A DNA stretch of 64,000 bases. Source: Candidatus Omnitrophota bacterium. Its GTDB lineage: Bacteria; Omnitrophota; Gorgyraeia; Tantalellales; Tantalellaceae. Under the pieces are notes generated by a model that saw only the letters and a program-made list of their open reading frames with translations, was not told the DNA's origin and ran no database searches. The stretch lies in assembly GCA_015231405.1 (NCBI GenBank), contig JADGBR010000007.1:40791-104790 (forward strand), in the 5' to 3' direction. Of this stretch, positions 10,563 to 20,359 are shown one piece after another. Position numbers and translations under genes: made by a program. Numbering within the stretch: position 1 is the first letter of the stretch; each line of letters begins with the position of its first letter.

Positions 10563-11779
10563 TGGTCATTCCTGTTTTCCATTTTGGGGCCATTACTCAG
10601 CGCTCTTAGCGTCTGACGGAGTTCCGCATCTTTCGCCACCTCGTCATAAGAGAAGATGACTATCCCTCCGGGAGAAGCTTTTTTTACGGTCTCTATCTCT
10701 TCTTTAAGTACGCCTGGAAGGCTCTTTAAAAGGTACGCGCCCAACCCGATATAGACTTTTTCCCTGGAGGATTGGGAAAGGCTGGACCTGGCGTTTATTC
10801 CGGCCAGCTCCGGATTTTCCGTGTAGTTCATCGTCACTACATGGTCTATGTAACCTTTTCTGAGCCAGTCCGGCCAATCCTGGAAATTGACGCTGTAGGC
10901 GAGTTCAGCGGAAGGCATGACAGCGGCGGATATACGGTATTTTCCCTCCCGGGCCCTGACATTTCCGGATATCATCCTGGCAAGTTCCGTCACCTGGCGT
11001 CTTCTCCAGTCGTCCCATTTCTGGAAGTTGTCCCGGGTCTTTTCCATCTCCTTGGGCGTGGCGCCGTTATCTTTTTTGAAATTCAGCATGTTCTGGAAAG
11101 TGTAGCCGTAGCTCAAACTGTACGCGTCGAACCTGGACCCCGGGCTGAAAGGTACAGCCTTTGGGTAGCGGATATAGTCCAGGTGCACGCCCGCGATGGA
11201 TGGGTATTTATCCAGTATCTCACCGACTATGGACGTTAAATACGTCCGGACTTGAGGGTTGCCCGGCTCGAGGAAAAGCTGGTCTTCCCGGACGAACCTT
11301 TTGTCGACGGCTTCTTTTTCCTTAGACCATGACTTTTTCTCGTTCTGGTCAAGCGTTAAAGCCGCGGGGCCTATCTTCAGGAGCACATCCGCCTTATCGT
11401 TCTGGGCAACGCTCAGGAGATTGAGCCAGGCGTGGACCTCGATACCGTTCTTTTTGGCGGCGTCGATGATATATTTTACCGGATCCCCTCCGAACGATTT
11501 TTTGATCTTCTCGAACGGGGACGCGACTGTAATAGCCGAATCGTAAAAAGCTTCGCCGGCTCGGTACAGCTGAAGATATATATGATCTATCCCCGCCTCC
11601 TTACATGTCCGGACCAGTTTATCCGCGTTCTCTCTGGAGTAGAATACATTTTCGGGAGTAAAAACCGTTATCCAGGCGCCCAGTCGGGGACTTGTTCCCG
11701 CGCCGCCGGCGAGAGCCGTCGAAAAGAGCGTGAAAAATATCGCCATTAGGAAATACCGTTTATTGGTCATATTATTCAC
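10547..11779 (-). CDS. Secreted glycoside-hydrolase-like family 10 (GHL10/DUF187, YngK/YddW-like) protein
   Basis: Signal peptide; TIM-barrel-like hydrolase sequence pattern; 410 aa. Confidence 0.45.
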   Translation of the reverse strand: MNNMTNKRYFLMAIFFTLFSTALAGGAGTSPRLGAWITVFTPENVFYSRENADKLVRTCKEAGIDHIYLQLYRAGEAFYDSAITVASPFEKIKKSFGGDPVKYIIDAAKKNGIEVHAWLNLLSVAQNDKADVLLKIGPAALTLDQNEKKSWSKEKEAVDKRFVREDQLFLEPGNPQVRTYLTSIVGEILDKYPSIAGVHLDYIRYPKAVPFSPGSRFDAYSLSYGYTFQNMLNFKKDNGATPKEMEKTRDNFQKWDDWRRRQVTELARMISGNVRAREGKYRISAAVMPSAELAYSVNFQDWPDWLRKGYIDHVVTMNYTENPELAGINARSSLSQSSREKVYIGLGAYLLKSLPGVLKEEIETVKKASPGGIVIFSYDEVAKDAELRQTLRALSNGPKMENRNDHSRGT

Positions 11780-12293
11780 CGTGATAATCTATCAGCGTTT
11801 TAGGGCCGTATTTTCCAATTTTAGCCGCGTAATTGAGGAACGGCAGGCCTATAATGCCGAATATCCCCGCGACGGTGGCGCCTTCGGATTCGACCATAAG
11901 GGCTGTCGCTTCGATTGTCCCGCCGGTAGCGATAAGATCGTCGACGATAAGCCATCTTTTCCCCGGAATAAGGTCTTCCTTGTGTATCTCGAGCGTGGCC
12001 TCGCCGTATTCCAGCGAGTAACTCCGTGAGACGGTTTTACCGGGAAGTTTACCTTTTTTTCTGGCCATGACGAGCGGTATCCCCATTTTGAGTGCTAAAG
12101 GAGCGCCTACGACGAATCCGCGGCTTTCTATGGCGATAATTCCGTCTAAACCGGAATCCTTATACAACTTAAGCATTTCTCCGAGCACATATTTAAAGGC
12201 TTTGGGGTTCGTGAATATGCTCGTTATATCATAGAACAAAATGCCCGGTTTCGGGAAATCAGGCACTTTTCTTATTGCTTTGTCCAGGTTCAT
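11772..12293 (-). CDS. apt: Adenine phosphoribosyltransferase
   Basis: DFPKPGILFYDITS and PRPP-binding LIVDDLIATGGT. Start moved to M14 (MNLDKAIR) with AAGGAG RBS; the first ATG of the ORF lies inside a family-A repeat. Confidence 0.85.
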   Translation of the reverse strand: MNLDKAIRKVPDFPKPGILFYDITSIFTNPKAFKYVLGEMLKLYKDSGLDGIIAIESRGFVVGAPLALKMGIPLVMARKKGKLPGKTVSRSYSLEYGEATLEIHKEDLIPGKRWLIVDDLIATGGTIEATALMVESEGATVAGIFGIIGLPFLNYAAKIGKYGPKTLIDYHGE

Positions 12294-12324
12294 TGTTACT
12301 CCTTTCTTTAGTTGAGAGAAGAGA

Positions 12325-12416
12325 GCCGTCATTGCGAGGAGCGACAGCGACGAAACAATCTAGATGACTCTGATGGCGATAGCTTCACACCGCATGCTCA
12401 GGATTCGAAATGACGT
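12325..12416. repeat. Family A palindromic repeat, degenerate second arm
   Basis: GCCGTCATTGCGAGGAGCGACAGCGACGAAACAATC ... GATTCGAAATGACG. Confidence 0.5.
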
Positions 12417-12478
12417 ATTTCAAAATACCACAATACGAATGATTTGGCAAATAAACATATAGATAACAGGGTGTCAAA

Positions 12479-13033
12479 ATGCTAAAATATACAGGTTTTA
12501 GATCTCGAAAAGGTATTTCGATGTGGAAATTACGCAAAAAGTATATAGATAATCTCTATGTCGACCTTGGGTCGCACGTTATCGTGACGCTGGCGATAGG
12601 GGTTTTCTTTTACGCCGAGACAAGGTCTTTTTCTCTTTTCATGGTATGCGTCCTGGGTGGTATTTTCATCGATCTCGATCACATTTATGATTGCGTGAAA
12701 TATCACGGTCGAGGTTTCACGTTAAAGGATTTCTTCGCTGGGAATTACTATATACGGGGATGCAAACTGTACATTCCGGCGCATTCCTGGGAGCTGGTCA
12801 CATTGTTATTCATCGCAGGATGTTTGTCCGGCAGGCTTTGGCTTTTCGCCCTCCCGGCTTCAATGGGCGGACATCTTATTGTGGACCATCTGGTGCATTG
12901 GAAAAGGCCGTATCAGTATTTTTTGGCGTTCCGGTGGAAATTCGGGTTCGACGCCTTTCTTTTAGACCCGACTTTCGCCCTTGAGCGGGAAGAATATCTA
13001 AGGGAGCGGCGGGAACATTACAATTATTACTGA
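12479..13033 (+). CDS. Membrane-bound metal-dependent hydrolase-like protein (YdjM/DUF457-like)
   Basis: Multiple TM segments and His/Asp-rich motifs (DLDHIYDCVKYHG, GGHLIVDHLVHW). Alternative start at MWKLRK (12521). Confidence 0.4.
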   Translation: MLKYTGFRSRKGISMWKLRKKYIDNLYVDLGSHVIVTLAIGVFFYAETRSFSLFMVCVLGGIFIDLDHIYDCVKYHGRGFTLKDFFAGNYYIRGCKLYIPAHSWELVTLLFIAGCLSGRLWLFALPASMGGHLIVDHLVHWKRPYQYFLAFRWKFGFDAFLLDPTFALEREEYLRERREHYNYY

Positions 13034-13067
13034 TCTTTCGCCGGACTGAGGCCTAACGGAGGTAGAT

Positions 13068-13823
13068 ATGGGATCTGAACTCTTGAATGTCGGGATGTTC
13101 CCGGATAATGTAAAAAAGGCGCTTGTCCCTTACGTCCTCGCGATGCTGGACTCTTTTAAAGGCGGCGTGGTGTCGGTTTTCGCCTACGGGAGCGTGACAG
13201 GCGCGGACTATGACCCGAAACGCTCGGATATCAACCTGGCGTTCGTCCTCGCCGACAATTCGATGAAAAAATTATTGCCCGCGTCTAAGTGCATATTGTC
13301 GGGTTTGAAGAAAAGGATCAATGTCCCGCTCTTTATTACGCCGGAATATATAAGGATGTCGTTGGACTCATTCCCCGTGGAATTCACCGAAATGAAGGAA
13401 TCCAGGGTAGTGCTGTTCGGAAAGGATATACTTAACGATATCGAGGTCCGTAAGGAAGACCTGAGGCGGGAGTGCGAATACCAGATAAAAGGAAAACTTC
13501 TTACCCTAAGGCAGGCCTGTCTTGAAATGTCGGGGAAGGCAAAGGACATCGATCGTCTTCTGAAAAGCGCGCTAAAAGGTCTTTTCCCGGTATTCAGGTC
13601 GCTCGTCAGGCTCAAGAACGCCGGTGTAGCTGGAAGGGGCAGGAGAGAAGTGCTGTCCAGGATAGGCGAGATCTACGGCCTGGACATATCCGTATTTGTT
13701 AAAATCCTGGACGGGGCCGCTACCGGATGTAAACCTGGCCCGGGTGACGCGTCCCGGCGCATGGATGATTTTTTCGATGTGCTGAATAAAATATCTGTGC
13801 TCATTGATGAGATAAAAATATGA
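13068..13823 (+). CDS. Nucleotidyltransferase-domain protein
   Basis: Minimal NTase motif YGSVTGADYDPKRSDINLAFV (GS x9-13 DxD). Confidence 0.45.
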   Translation: MGSELLNVGMFPDNVKKALVPYVLAMLDSFKGGVVSVFAYGSVTGADYDPKRSDINLAFVLADNSMKKLLPASKCILSGLKKRINVPLFITPEYIRMSLDSFPVEFTEMKESRVVLFGKDILNDIEVRKEDLRRECEYQIKGKLLTLRQACLEMSGKAKDIDRLLKSALKGLFPVFRSLVRLKNAGVAGRGRREVLSRIGEIYGLDISVFVKILDGAATGCKPGPGDASRRMDDFFDVLNKISVLIDEIKI

Positions 13824-14629
13824 CGTCCAATGGAATTTCAAAAAAACTTCCGGCGTGGATAGCGGTCACTGCCTGTTCTCTATTCCTGGCTGGTTCCGTT
13901 TTTGCCCAAAAGGTCGACGTCCCTAAACCCGGCGGCTACGTCAACGATCTTGCCGGGATACTCTCCGTGAACGAAAAATCCAGACTCGAGAATATCCTCG
14001 TCCAGATAGTCGATAAGACCACGGCTGAAGTCGCCGTTTTTACGGTCAAGACCGTTTCGCCCATGAGCGTCGAGGAATACGCCGTTAAGCTTTTCGAGAA
14101 GCTCGGCATAGGAAAAAAAGGGAAGGATAACGGGGTGCTTATCCTCGTCGCTTCCGCCGACAGGAAAGTGAGGATAGAGGTTGGATACGGGCTCGAAGGC
14201 GCCATCACGGACCTCGACTCGAAAGCCATAATCGACGACCATATTGTCCCATATTTCAAGAACGGTGAATACTCCCGGGGAATAACAGCCGGGGTCATAT
14301 GTATCGCTTTTTTGCTCCAGAAAGAATACGGTATAAAATTCGATATCGACGGCAGACCTGTACCCGTATTCGACCGGGGGAATGAGGAAGGCTCCGGGCT
14401 CGCGTTCGCGCTTTCTCTCATCCTATTCATTTTGCTTTTCGGCATAAGGATGGGGCCTTTCCTGTTCGTAATGAACGAATCCGGGAAAAACTACTGGTCG
14501 CGCGGTTCGGGAGGGTATTTCGGAGGCGGCTCAGGCGGGTTTGGAGGCGGTTTCGGAGGCAGTAGCGGAGGTTTCGGCGGATTCGGCGGAGGGCGTTCCG
14601 GAGGCGGAGGGGCGTCTGGGGGGTGGTAG
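13820..14629 (+). CDS. TPM-domain (TLP18.3/YgcG-like) protein with Gly-rich C-terminal tail
   Basis: Signal peptide and TPM phosphatase-like domain (GYVNDLAGILS...VAVFTVKT...GVLILVASADRKVRIEVGYG). TM then GG(S/F)GG tail. Paired with the downstream LemA gene. Confidence 0.75.
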   Translation: MTSNGISKKLPAWIAVTACSLFLAGSVFAQKVDVPKPGGYVNDLAGILSVNEKSRLENILVQIVDKTTAEVAVFTVKTVSPMSVEEYAVKLFEKLGIGKKGKDNGVLILVASADRKVRIEVGYGLEGAITDLDSKAIIDDHIVPYFKNGEYSRGITAGVICIAFLLQKEYGIKFDIDGRPVPVFDRGNEEGSGLAFALSLILFILLFGIRMGPFLFVMNESGKNYWSRGSGGYFGGGSGGFGGGFGGSSGGFGGFGGGRSGGGGASGGW

Positions 14630-14633
14630 GCTG

Positions 14634-14664
14634 GATTGTGGGACGTAGGACGTGTAGGGAATAG
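14634..14664. repeat. Family B repeat, partial copy
   Basis: GATTGTGGGACGTAGGACGTGTAGGG. Confidence 0.4.
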
Positions 14665-14766
14665 ATAGGAAATAAAAATAGTAGGCGCGGACCCGTCGTA
14701 GCCAGATAATATCAAAATAAATTGGCGAAGGAGGATGTCCGCGCTTAAAAATAAAAAGGAGAAATT

Positions 14767-15333
14767 ATGAAGAATTTGTGGATTGCATTGGGCGTAATAG
14801 CGGTTATCGCCATCGCCGCCGGCGGTTGGGTCGTCAAGGGTCTCAATCACGCGGTGACGATGGATGAAGACATTAATAACTCGTGGGCGCAGGTCGAGAA
14901 CCAGCTTCAGCGGCGGAACGACCTTATCCCAAATCTCGTGAGCACGGTAAAAGGTTATGCCGCTCACGAGAACGAAGTTCTGACAAAGATCACCGAGCTC
15001 CGCAGTCAGTGGGGCAAAGCCAATACCCAGGCCCAGAAGATGGAAACAGCTAACGAAATATCGAGCGTCCTGTCGAGGCTGATGATGGTATCGGAAAGAT
15101 ATCCGGACCTGAAAGCCAATCAGAACTTTTTAAGTCTGCAGTCCCAGCTCGAAGGAACGGAAAACCGCATCGCGGTCGAGCGGATGAGGTATAACGATAC
15201 GGTAAAAGGCTTTAACTCCTACCGCCGTACGGTCGCCGGCGGTCTTTTTACGTCCATGAGAGGTTTGACCAAACCGCGGGAATACTTCGAAGTCGACGCC
15301 GCCGCGAAAAAAGTCCCGGAAGTAAAATTTTGA
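14767..15333 (+). CDS. lemA: LemA family protein
   Basis: N-terminal TM then the LemA conserved region (NSWAQVENQLQRRNDLIPNLV...ERYPDLKANQNF...RYNDTV). Strong RBS. Confidence 0.8.
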   Translation: MKNLWIALGVIAVIAIAAGGWVVKGLNHAVTMDEDINNSWAQVENQLQRRNDLIPNLVSTVKGYAAHENEVLTKITELRSQWGKANTQAQKMETANEISSVLSRLMMVSERYPDLKANQNFLSLQSQLEGTENRIAVERMRYNDTVKGFNSYRRTVAGGLFTSMRGLTKPREYFEVDAAAKKVPEVKF

Positions 15334-15337
15334 AAAC

Positions 15338-15366
15338 GTAGGGGCGGGGTCCCCCCGCCCGGATGT
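15338..15366. repeat. GC-rich palindromic element, family C (GGCGGGGTC-CCCCGCCC) immediately after the stop codon; no U-tract
   Basis: GGGGCGGGG TC CCCCGCCC; second copy at 16856-16885 after the next operon stop. Confidence 0.45.
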
Positions 15367-15384
15367 AAGTTCACAGGAGACAAC

Positions 15385-15801
15385 ATGACCGCCTTTAGCT
15401 GGGCAATAGTAACGGTTTGCATATGGGGAGTGGTCCCCATAATCGAAAAACACGCGCTTACCAATACGGCGCCGCTCGTGGGGGTGTTTTTCAGATCAAT
15501 GGGGGTGGTGATAGGGCTTATTTTTTTCGGGTTATTCGCCATAAGGCCAGGCGATCTTAAAAGCGTCGATATCAAGACCGTGCTCCTCCTTATGCTTGCC
15601 GGGGTTCTAGCGAGTCTGGTCGCGCAGATCACTTTTTATAACGCGCTCAAACTGGGAGAGGTATCAAGAATAACGCCGTTATGCGGCACTTATTATCTGA
15701 TAACGTTCGTTCTGGGTGTTTTTTTACTGGGAGAGTCGATAACGGTGCCTAAAGTGTGCGGGGTCTTATTGATAGCGGGCGGAGCGTGGTTGTTGAGATG
15801 A
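15385..15801 (+). CDS. Small EamA/DMT-like membrane protein (4 TMS)
   Basis: 138 aa, four hydrophobic segments, EamA-like sequence pattern; AGGAGA RBS. Confidence 0.45.
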   Translation: MTAFSWAIVTVCIWGVVPIIEKHALTNTAPLVGVFFRSMGVVIGLIFFGLFAIRPGDLKSVDIKTVLLLMLAGVLASLVAQITFYNALKLGEVSRITPLCGTYYLITFVLGVFLLGESITVPKVCGVLLIAGGAWLLR

Positions 15802-15813
15802 GTAAAGTTCAGA

Positions 15814-15896
15814 TTAACGTAGGACGTGGGATGTAGGACCCGCCTTCGCCAAGGCTACGGCGGGCAGGCGTAGGACGTCCCACGTCCTACGTTAAA
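15814..15896. repeat. Family B palindromic repeat, full nested palindrome
   Basis: TTAACGTAGGACGTGGGA ... TCCCACGTCCTACGTTAA, a perfect 18-bp inverted repeat enclosing CCCGCC...GGCGGG. Confidence 0.6.
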
Positions 15897-15910
15897 CGAG
15901 GAGTTTAATT

Positions 15911-16855
15911 ATGATACAGGAAAGTGCTGTAAGAGCGGTGTTTGAGAGGTCTTTGAAATTGAAAAGAACGGAATCCTGTCTTATCGTGACGGACACGGTG
16001 AAAGAATCGATAGGCCGGGCTTTTTACGAGTTCGCTAAAGGGATCACCTCTAAGGCGAAGATACTTGTCATGGAGCCGACAAAAGAGCATGCTTCCGAGC
16101 CTCCGGCGGAAATAGCTAAGGCTATGCTTGAATATGACGTTGAGCTTCTTATAACCAGTAAATCCCTTACTCATACGGCCGCGCGGCGCGCCGCGACGGA
16201 TAAGGGTGCGCGTGTAGGGACCATGCCTAACATAATCGAAGAGATAGTGAACCGCTCTCTTGACATAGATTATGACGTCTTGAAAGCCCGGTCCACTTAC
16301 ATATACGGCCTTTTAAAAGCCTCGGATAAGGTGCGTGTCGTGACCGAACTCGGCACGGATATCACGTTCGAAGTTGGCGGAAGCGGTTTTTTCGGCGCTA
16401 CCGGCGGGGTTTTCGACCGCCCCGGCGATTACGGCAATCTCCCCGAAGGCGAAGTATCTTTCGCGCCGTCGAAAGCCGACGGCGTATTCGTCGTCGACGC
16501 ATCTTTTTCGGGCCTGGGGCTATTGGATTCGCCGCTAAAGCTTAAAGCGAAAGACTGTTCAGTTTATGAGATAACGGGAAAAAGAGCGGAAGAGTTCAAG
16601 GAAAGGCTGGACAGGGTCGGGCCCAAAGCGTATGTTGTCGCGGAACTCGGCATAGGGCTTAACCCTAAGGCGATAATAATGGGCAATATCCTCGAGGACG
16701 AAAAAGTAATAGGCACCGTACACATAGCCGTCGGCAACAACTGCTCCTACGGTCGAACGAACAACGTCCCGCTCCACCTGGACGGCGTTATTACGAAACC
16801 CACCGTCTATCTTGACGGGAAGTTGTTGATGGAAAAGGGAAATTTCGTCCTGTAG
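15911..16855 (+). CDS. Aminopeptidase, M29 (AmpS-like) family
   Basis: C-terminal GTVHIAVGNNCSYGRTNNVPLHLDGVITKPTVYLDG resembles the M29 metal-binding region; 314 aa is short for the family. Confidence 0.5.
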   Translation: MIQESAVRAVFERSLKLKRTESCLIVTDTVKESIGRAFYEFAKGITSKAKILVMEPTKEHASEPPAEIAKAMLEYDVELLITSKSLTHTAARRAATDKGARVGTMPNIIEEIVNRSLDIDYDVLKARSTYIYGLLKASDKVRVVTELGTDITFEVGGSGFFGATGGVFDRPGDYGNLPEGEVSFAPSKADGVFVVDASFSGLGLLDSPLKLKAKDCSVYEITGKRAEEFKERLDRVGPKAYVVAELGIGLNPKAIIMGNILEDEKVIGTVHIAVGNNCSYGRTNNVPLHLDGVITKPTVYLDGKLLMEKGNFVL

Positions 16856-16944
16856 TGGCGGGGTCTCCCCGCCCCGATGGGCTATAACCTAATAAGGGCC
16901 GTCATTGCGAAGGCGCGATAGCGCCTGAAGCAATCCCTAAAGGA
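16856..16944. repeat. Family C hairpin (16856-16885) followed by a family A half-element (16899-16944)
   Basis: GGCGGGGTCTCCCCGCCCC then GCCGTCATTGCGAAGGCGCGATAGCGCCTGAAGCAATCCC ending at the RBS of the next gene. Confidence 0.45.
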
Positions 16945-16946
16945 GA

Positions 16947-17492
16947 ATGATGAAAGACAGTGATCTATTGAAAAAATACATAAAAGAATACCTCAACGTA
17001 GTCGACAACCGCGAAGAGACGGAAAAACTATTGCTGGTCAAATCCGCGTTCCTTAAAGCCCGGCAGAAGCGCAAAAAGGTCATCTTCGCCGGCAACGGCG
17101 CGAGCGCCGCGATCGCGAGCCACGCTTCTCTCGATTTCACTAAACAATCCGGCATCAGGTCCGTATGTTTCAACGAAGCCGCGATGATAACCGCTTTCGG
17201 CAACGACCACGGCTACGAGAACTGGATAGCCAAAGCCCTCGAGTTCTACGCCGATAAAGGCGACGTCGTGGTCCTCGTATCCTCGAGCGGGCGTTCGCCA
17301 AACATAATAAAAGCCGCGAAAGACGCGGTTGAGAAAGGATATACGCTGGTCACGTTCAGCGGTTTCGACAAGAATAACCCTCTCCGATCGATAGGGAAAA
17401 TAAACCTCTGGGCCGACAGCCGTTCATACAACATAGTGGAATCCGCCCACATGTTCTGGCTGATGTGCGTGAGTGATCTGATAAAAAGTTGA
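16947..17492 (+). CDS. SIS-domain sugar-phosphate isomerase (GmhA/phosphoheptose isomerase-like)
   Basis: SIS motifs VIFAGNGASAAIASH and VVVLVSSSGRSPNII. Confidence 0.7.
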   Translation: MMKDSDLLKKYIKEYLNVVDNREETEKLLLVKSAFLKARQKRKKVIFAGNGASAAIASHASLDFTKQSGIRSVCFNEAAMITAFGNDHGYENWIAKALEFYADKGDVVVLVSSSGRSPNIIKAAKDAVEKGYTLVTFSGFDKNNPLRSIGKINLWADSRSYNIVESAHMFWLMCVSDLIKS

Positions 17493-18208
17493 TCATGGAT
17501 AAAACCCCGACAAGAATAACTGCGATCATCCTCGCCGGCGGGACCGGTAGCAGAATGAGGACGTCTACTCCCAAACAATTCCTTGAATTGAAGGGGAGGC
17601 CAGTCATTATGTATTCCGTCGAAATATTTGCCATTAGCCCGCATATATCGGACATCGTGATAGTCTGTCATAAAGAGTACATAAAACTCGCGGAACAGCT
17701 GGTGAAAGTGGAAAAGACTCCTAAAATACATAAGATCATTCCCGGAGGGAAGACCCGCCAGGAGTCCGCGTACCTGGGCCTCAAGAATTGCCCCAAGGAT
17801 ACGACCCATGTGCTTATACACGACGCCGCGCGCCCATTTGTCGATAACGCCATGATCAAAAGGACGATCTCCGCCGCCGTCAAATACAAAGCCGCGACGA
17901 CCGCCGTCGACGTTACTGATACGGTCATCGAGATCTCAACCGGTAAAATAATAAAATTCCTCGACCGTGATAAACTGAGAAGAGTACAGACCCCGCAGGG
18001 TTTCGAATACAAGACCATCCTTTCCGCTCATGAGAAAGCCCGGAAAGAGGGTTTTAACTCTGCTACCGACGATTGCGTCCTGGCCATGACCTATGGCACG
18101 CCCGTTAAGATAGTGAACGGCTCCGAGAAAAATAAAAAGATCACCAGAAAAGGAGATATATTATATGTCCAAGATAGGGATGATCGGCCTCGGCTATTGG
18201 GGAAATAA
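17489..18208 (+). CDS. IspD/TarI-family sugar-phosphate cytidylyltransferase
   Basis: AIILAGGTGSRM...PKQF N-terminal signature. Confidence 0.7.
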   Translation: MIMDKTPTRITAIILAGGTGSRMRTSTPKQFLELKGRPVIMYSVEIFAISPHISDIVIVCHKEYIKLAEQLVKVEKTPKIHKIIPGGKTRQESAYLGLKNCPKDTTHVLIHDAARPFVDNAMIKRTISAAVKYKAATTAVDVTDTVIEISTGKIIKFLDRDKLRRVQTPQGFEYKTILSAHEKARKEGFNSATDDCVLAMTYGTPVKIVNGSEKNKKITRKGDILYVQDRDDRPRLLGK

Positions 18209-19118
18209 TATATTACGGAACCTGAGCGAAATGGGCGTCCTAGCTACGGCGTGTGATACCAATAGGGAACTTTTAAGGACAAGGGAGAAGGAATATCCGA
18301 ATATTAAATTCACGGATTCCATCGATGATGTCCTGAAAGATAATGGGATGAACGCGGTCGTGATCTCTTCGCCCGCCGTTACGCATTACGACCTGGCGAA
18401 AAAAATACTCGCTTCGGGAAAAGATATTTTCGTGGAAAAGCCGCTGGCCTTGACGCTCAAAGAGGGGGAAGAACTGGTCAGACTGGCGGCCGATAACAAA
18501 AAAATAATAATGGTCGGGCATATACTTCAATATCATCCGGCCGTCATCAAGTTGAAAGAGATCATAAAGAGCGGGAAATTGGGCAAGATGCGTTATCTCT
18601 ATTCCAACAGGCTGAACATGGGTAAGCTCCGGGTCGAGGAGAACATACTGTGGAGTTTCGCGCCGCATGATATTTCCATAATCCTTATGCTTGTAGGCGA
18701 CGAACCGGTAAAAGTCGGCTGCGCGGGAGGGTGCTACCTCAGTAAGAGCGTCTATGATACGACAGTGACCACCATGGAATTCTCGAACGATATAAAAAGC
18801 CATATCTTCGTGAGTTGGCTGCATCCATATAAAGAACAAAAACTCATAGTCGTAGGGTCCGAGGCCATGGCGGTCTTTGACGATATGACAAAAGAGAAGC
18901 TTTTTATATATCCCCACAAAGTGGAATGGCAGGACGGTAAGATACCCGTCGCCAAAAAAGCGGAGTATTATACGGTCGAACTCGAGAATAAGGAGCCTCT
19001 TCGCGAGGAGTTGGCCCATTTTATCGAGTGCGTGGCCGAAAGAAAAACCCCCAGGACCGACGGCCGAGAAGGCCTCCGGGTCTTAAAAGTCCTTGAAAAA
19101 GCGGAGGGATGTTTATGA
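18165..19118 (+). CDS. Gfo/Idh/MocA-family NAD(P)-dependent oxidoreductase
   Basis: MIGLGYWG Rossmann start and EKPLALTLKEGEEL motif. Confidence 0.75.
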   Translation: MSKIGMIGLGYWGNNILRNLSEMGVLATACDTNRELLRTREKEYPNIKFTDSIDDVLKDNGMNAVVISSPAVTHYDLAKKILASGKDIFVEKPLALTLKEGEELVRLAADNKKIIMVGHILQYHPAVIKLKEIIKSGKLGKMRYLYSNRLNMGKLRVEENILWSFAPHDISIILMLVGDEPVKVGCAGGCYLSKSVYDTTVTTMEFSNDIKSHIFVSWLHPYKEQKLIVVGSEAMAVFDDMTKEKLFIYPHKVEWQDGKIPVAKKAEYYTVELENKEPLREELAHFIECVAERKTPRTDGREGLRVLKVLEKAEGCL

Positions 19119-19705
19119 GTGACCCAAAAGAGAACAATAAACCTTATTTCGCACATCCGACGGTATGTATCGACGAGAATGCCGAGATAGGCGACGGGAC
19201 AAAAATATGGCATTTTTCACATATCCTTTCCGATACCAAAATCGGGAAGAATTGCGTTATCGGGCAGAACGCTGCTATCGGACCGAAGGTAAAGGTAGGC
19301 GACGGATGTAAGATCCAGAACAACGTATCTCTTTACGCCGGCGTCACTCTCGAGGATGAGGTTTTCATTGGCCCCTCGGCGGTATTTACGAATGTTCTGA
19401 CCCCGAGGTCCTTCGTCGATAGACGAGGAGAATTCAGCCGAACCCTCGTTAAAAAAGGCGCCTCGGTAGGCGCTAACGCCACCATAGTCTGCGGCGCCAC
19501 CATAGGCCAATACGCCTTCGTGGGAGCCGGAGCCGTAGTGACAAAAGACGTTCCGTCCTACGCTCTCATGGTAGGCGTTCCCGCCCGTCAAAAAGGATGG
19601 GTCTGCAAGTGCGGGGTCCCGCTAAAGGGCATATCTGGAAAATACGCATGCCCCCGTTGCTTCGCCGAATATCTCCTTGAAGGATCAGTATTTCGCTGCC
19701 TTTAA
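19109..19705 (+). CDS. Hexapeptide-repeat (LbH) sugar N-acetyltransferase (WxcM/PglD-like)
   Basis: Repeated [LIV]GxxxxI hexapeptide units through the whole protein. Confidence 0.7.
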   Translation: MFMSDPKENNKPYFAHPTVCIDENAEIGDGTKIWHFSHILSDTKIGKNCVIGQNAAIGPKVKVGDGCKIQNNVSLYAGVTLEDEVFIGPSAVFTNVLTPRSFVDRRGEFSRTLVKKGASVGANATIVCGATIGQYAFVGAGAVVTKDVPSYALMVGVPARQKGWVCKCGVPLKGISGKYACPRCFAEYLLEGSVFRCL

Positions 19706-19718
19706 GACATCTGATATA

Positions 19719-19762
19719 CCCTGCAAATTTAATTTGCAATATTATTATTGCAGGGTAAACTT
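19719..19762 (+). terminator. Putative intrinsic terminator of the SIS-to-acetyltransferase operon
   Basis: CCCTGCAA ... TTGCAGGG stem followed by TAAACTTTTT. The loop contains a perfect inner palindrome TTGCAAATTTAATTTGCAA. Confidence 0.4.
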
Positions 19763-20359
19763 TTTGTGAGGATTTAGTTACATGTTAACTGTTATATGCA
19801 TACAAAAGGCAGGAGGCATCGAAAACGCTTTTGTGTATATAGGTCATACGCCAAGGCAAGAGAAAATTGCCTTTCTGATATATATCCTATTATGGTCGGT
19901 AAATGCGGTGAAGATGCCCTGATCAAAGGTTTCTATCTCCTGGGAAATTTGCTAAAACGCGAGATCAACTATAAGCCATATGATCCTGATGGTGTCAGGG
20001 AGCGTGGTTGTCAAAGAGAGCCGTTTTGACTGTCTCATGGGGTATACAGGAGGGGTCGGCAACCTTGTACAACGCTCATAAACAATACTGAAAGTCCGGG
20101 AACGGTGACTCAATGAACGAATTATCTAATAGTGCGTGACGTCAATAAGATCAAAGGGTTAGTAAAGCTTATTTTATCGGACGACGCAAAGAAGGCAAAA
20201 CGGTTAAAAACTTGGGATGGCGAAACAGCGGAAAGGATAGTCAATATCATTGCACGGTAATATGTTGTGATCATTCCGGTGTTCGTGCCGGGAAAAGCCA
20301 GGCGATTTTGGGTTTATATGGAGAATTGCCAGGGAAACATTTTAAACAGGAAGGGAAAA

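Noticed and set aside
12691-12984. 97-aa plus-strand ORF nested in another frame of the YdjM-like membrane protein gene
   Set aside because: Nested, alternative-frame ORF without motifs; the encompassing frame has the His-rich membrane-hydrolase signatures.
19796-20029. 77-aa ORF in the AT-rich gap between the two sugar operons
   Set aside because: No RBS; Arg/Cys-rich unstructured translation; sits in a probable promoter or regulatory region. More likely non-coding.
19706-20359. JUMPstart/ops (GGCGGTAG) antitermination element upstream of the glycan operon
   Set aside because: Looked for GGCGGTAG by eye in the gap and did not find it. Only a loose CGGTAAATGCGGTG was seen. Not called.
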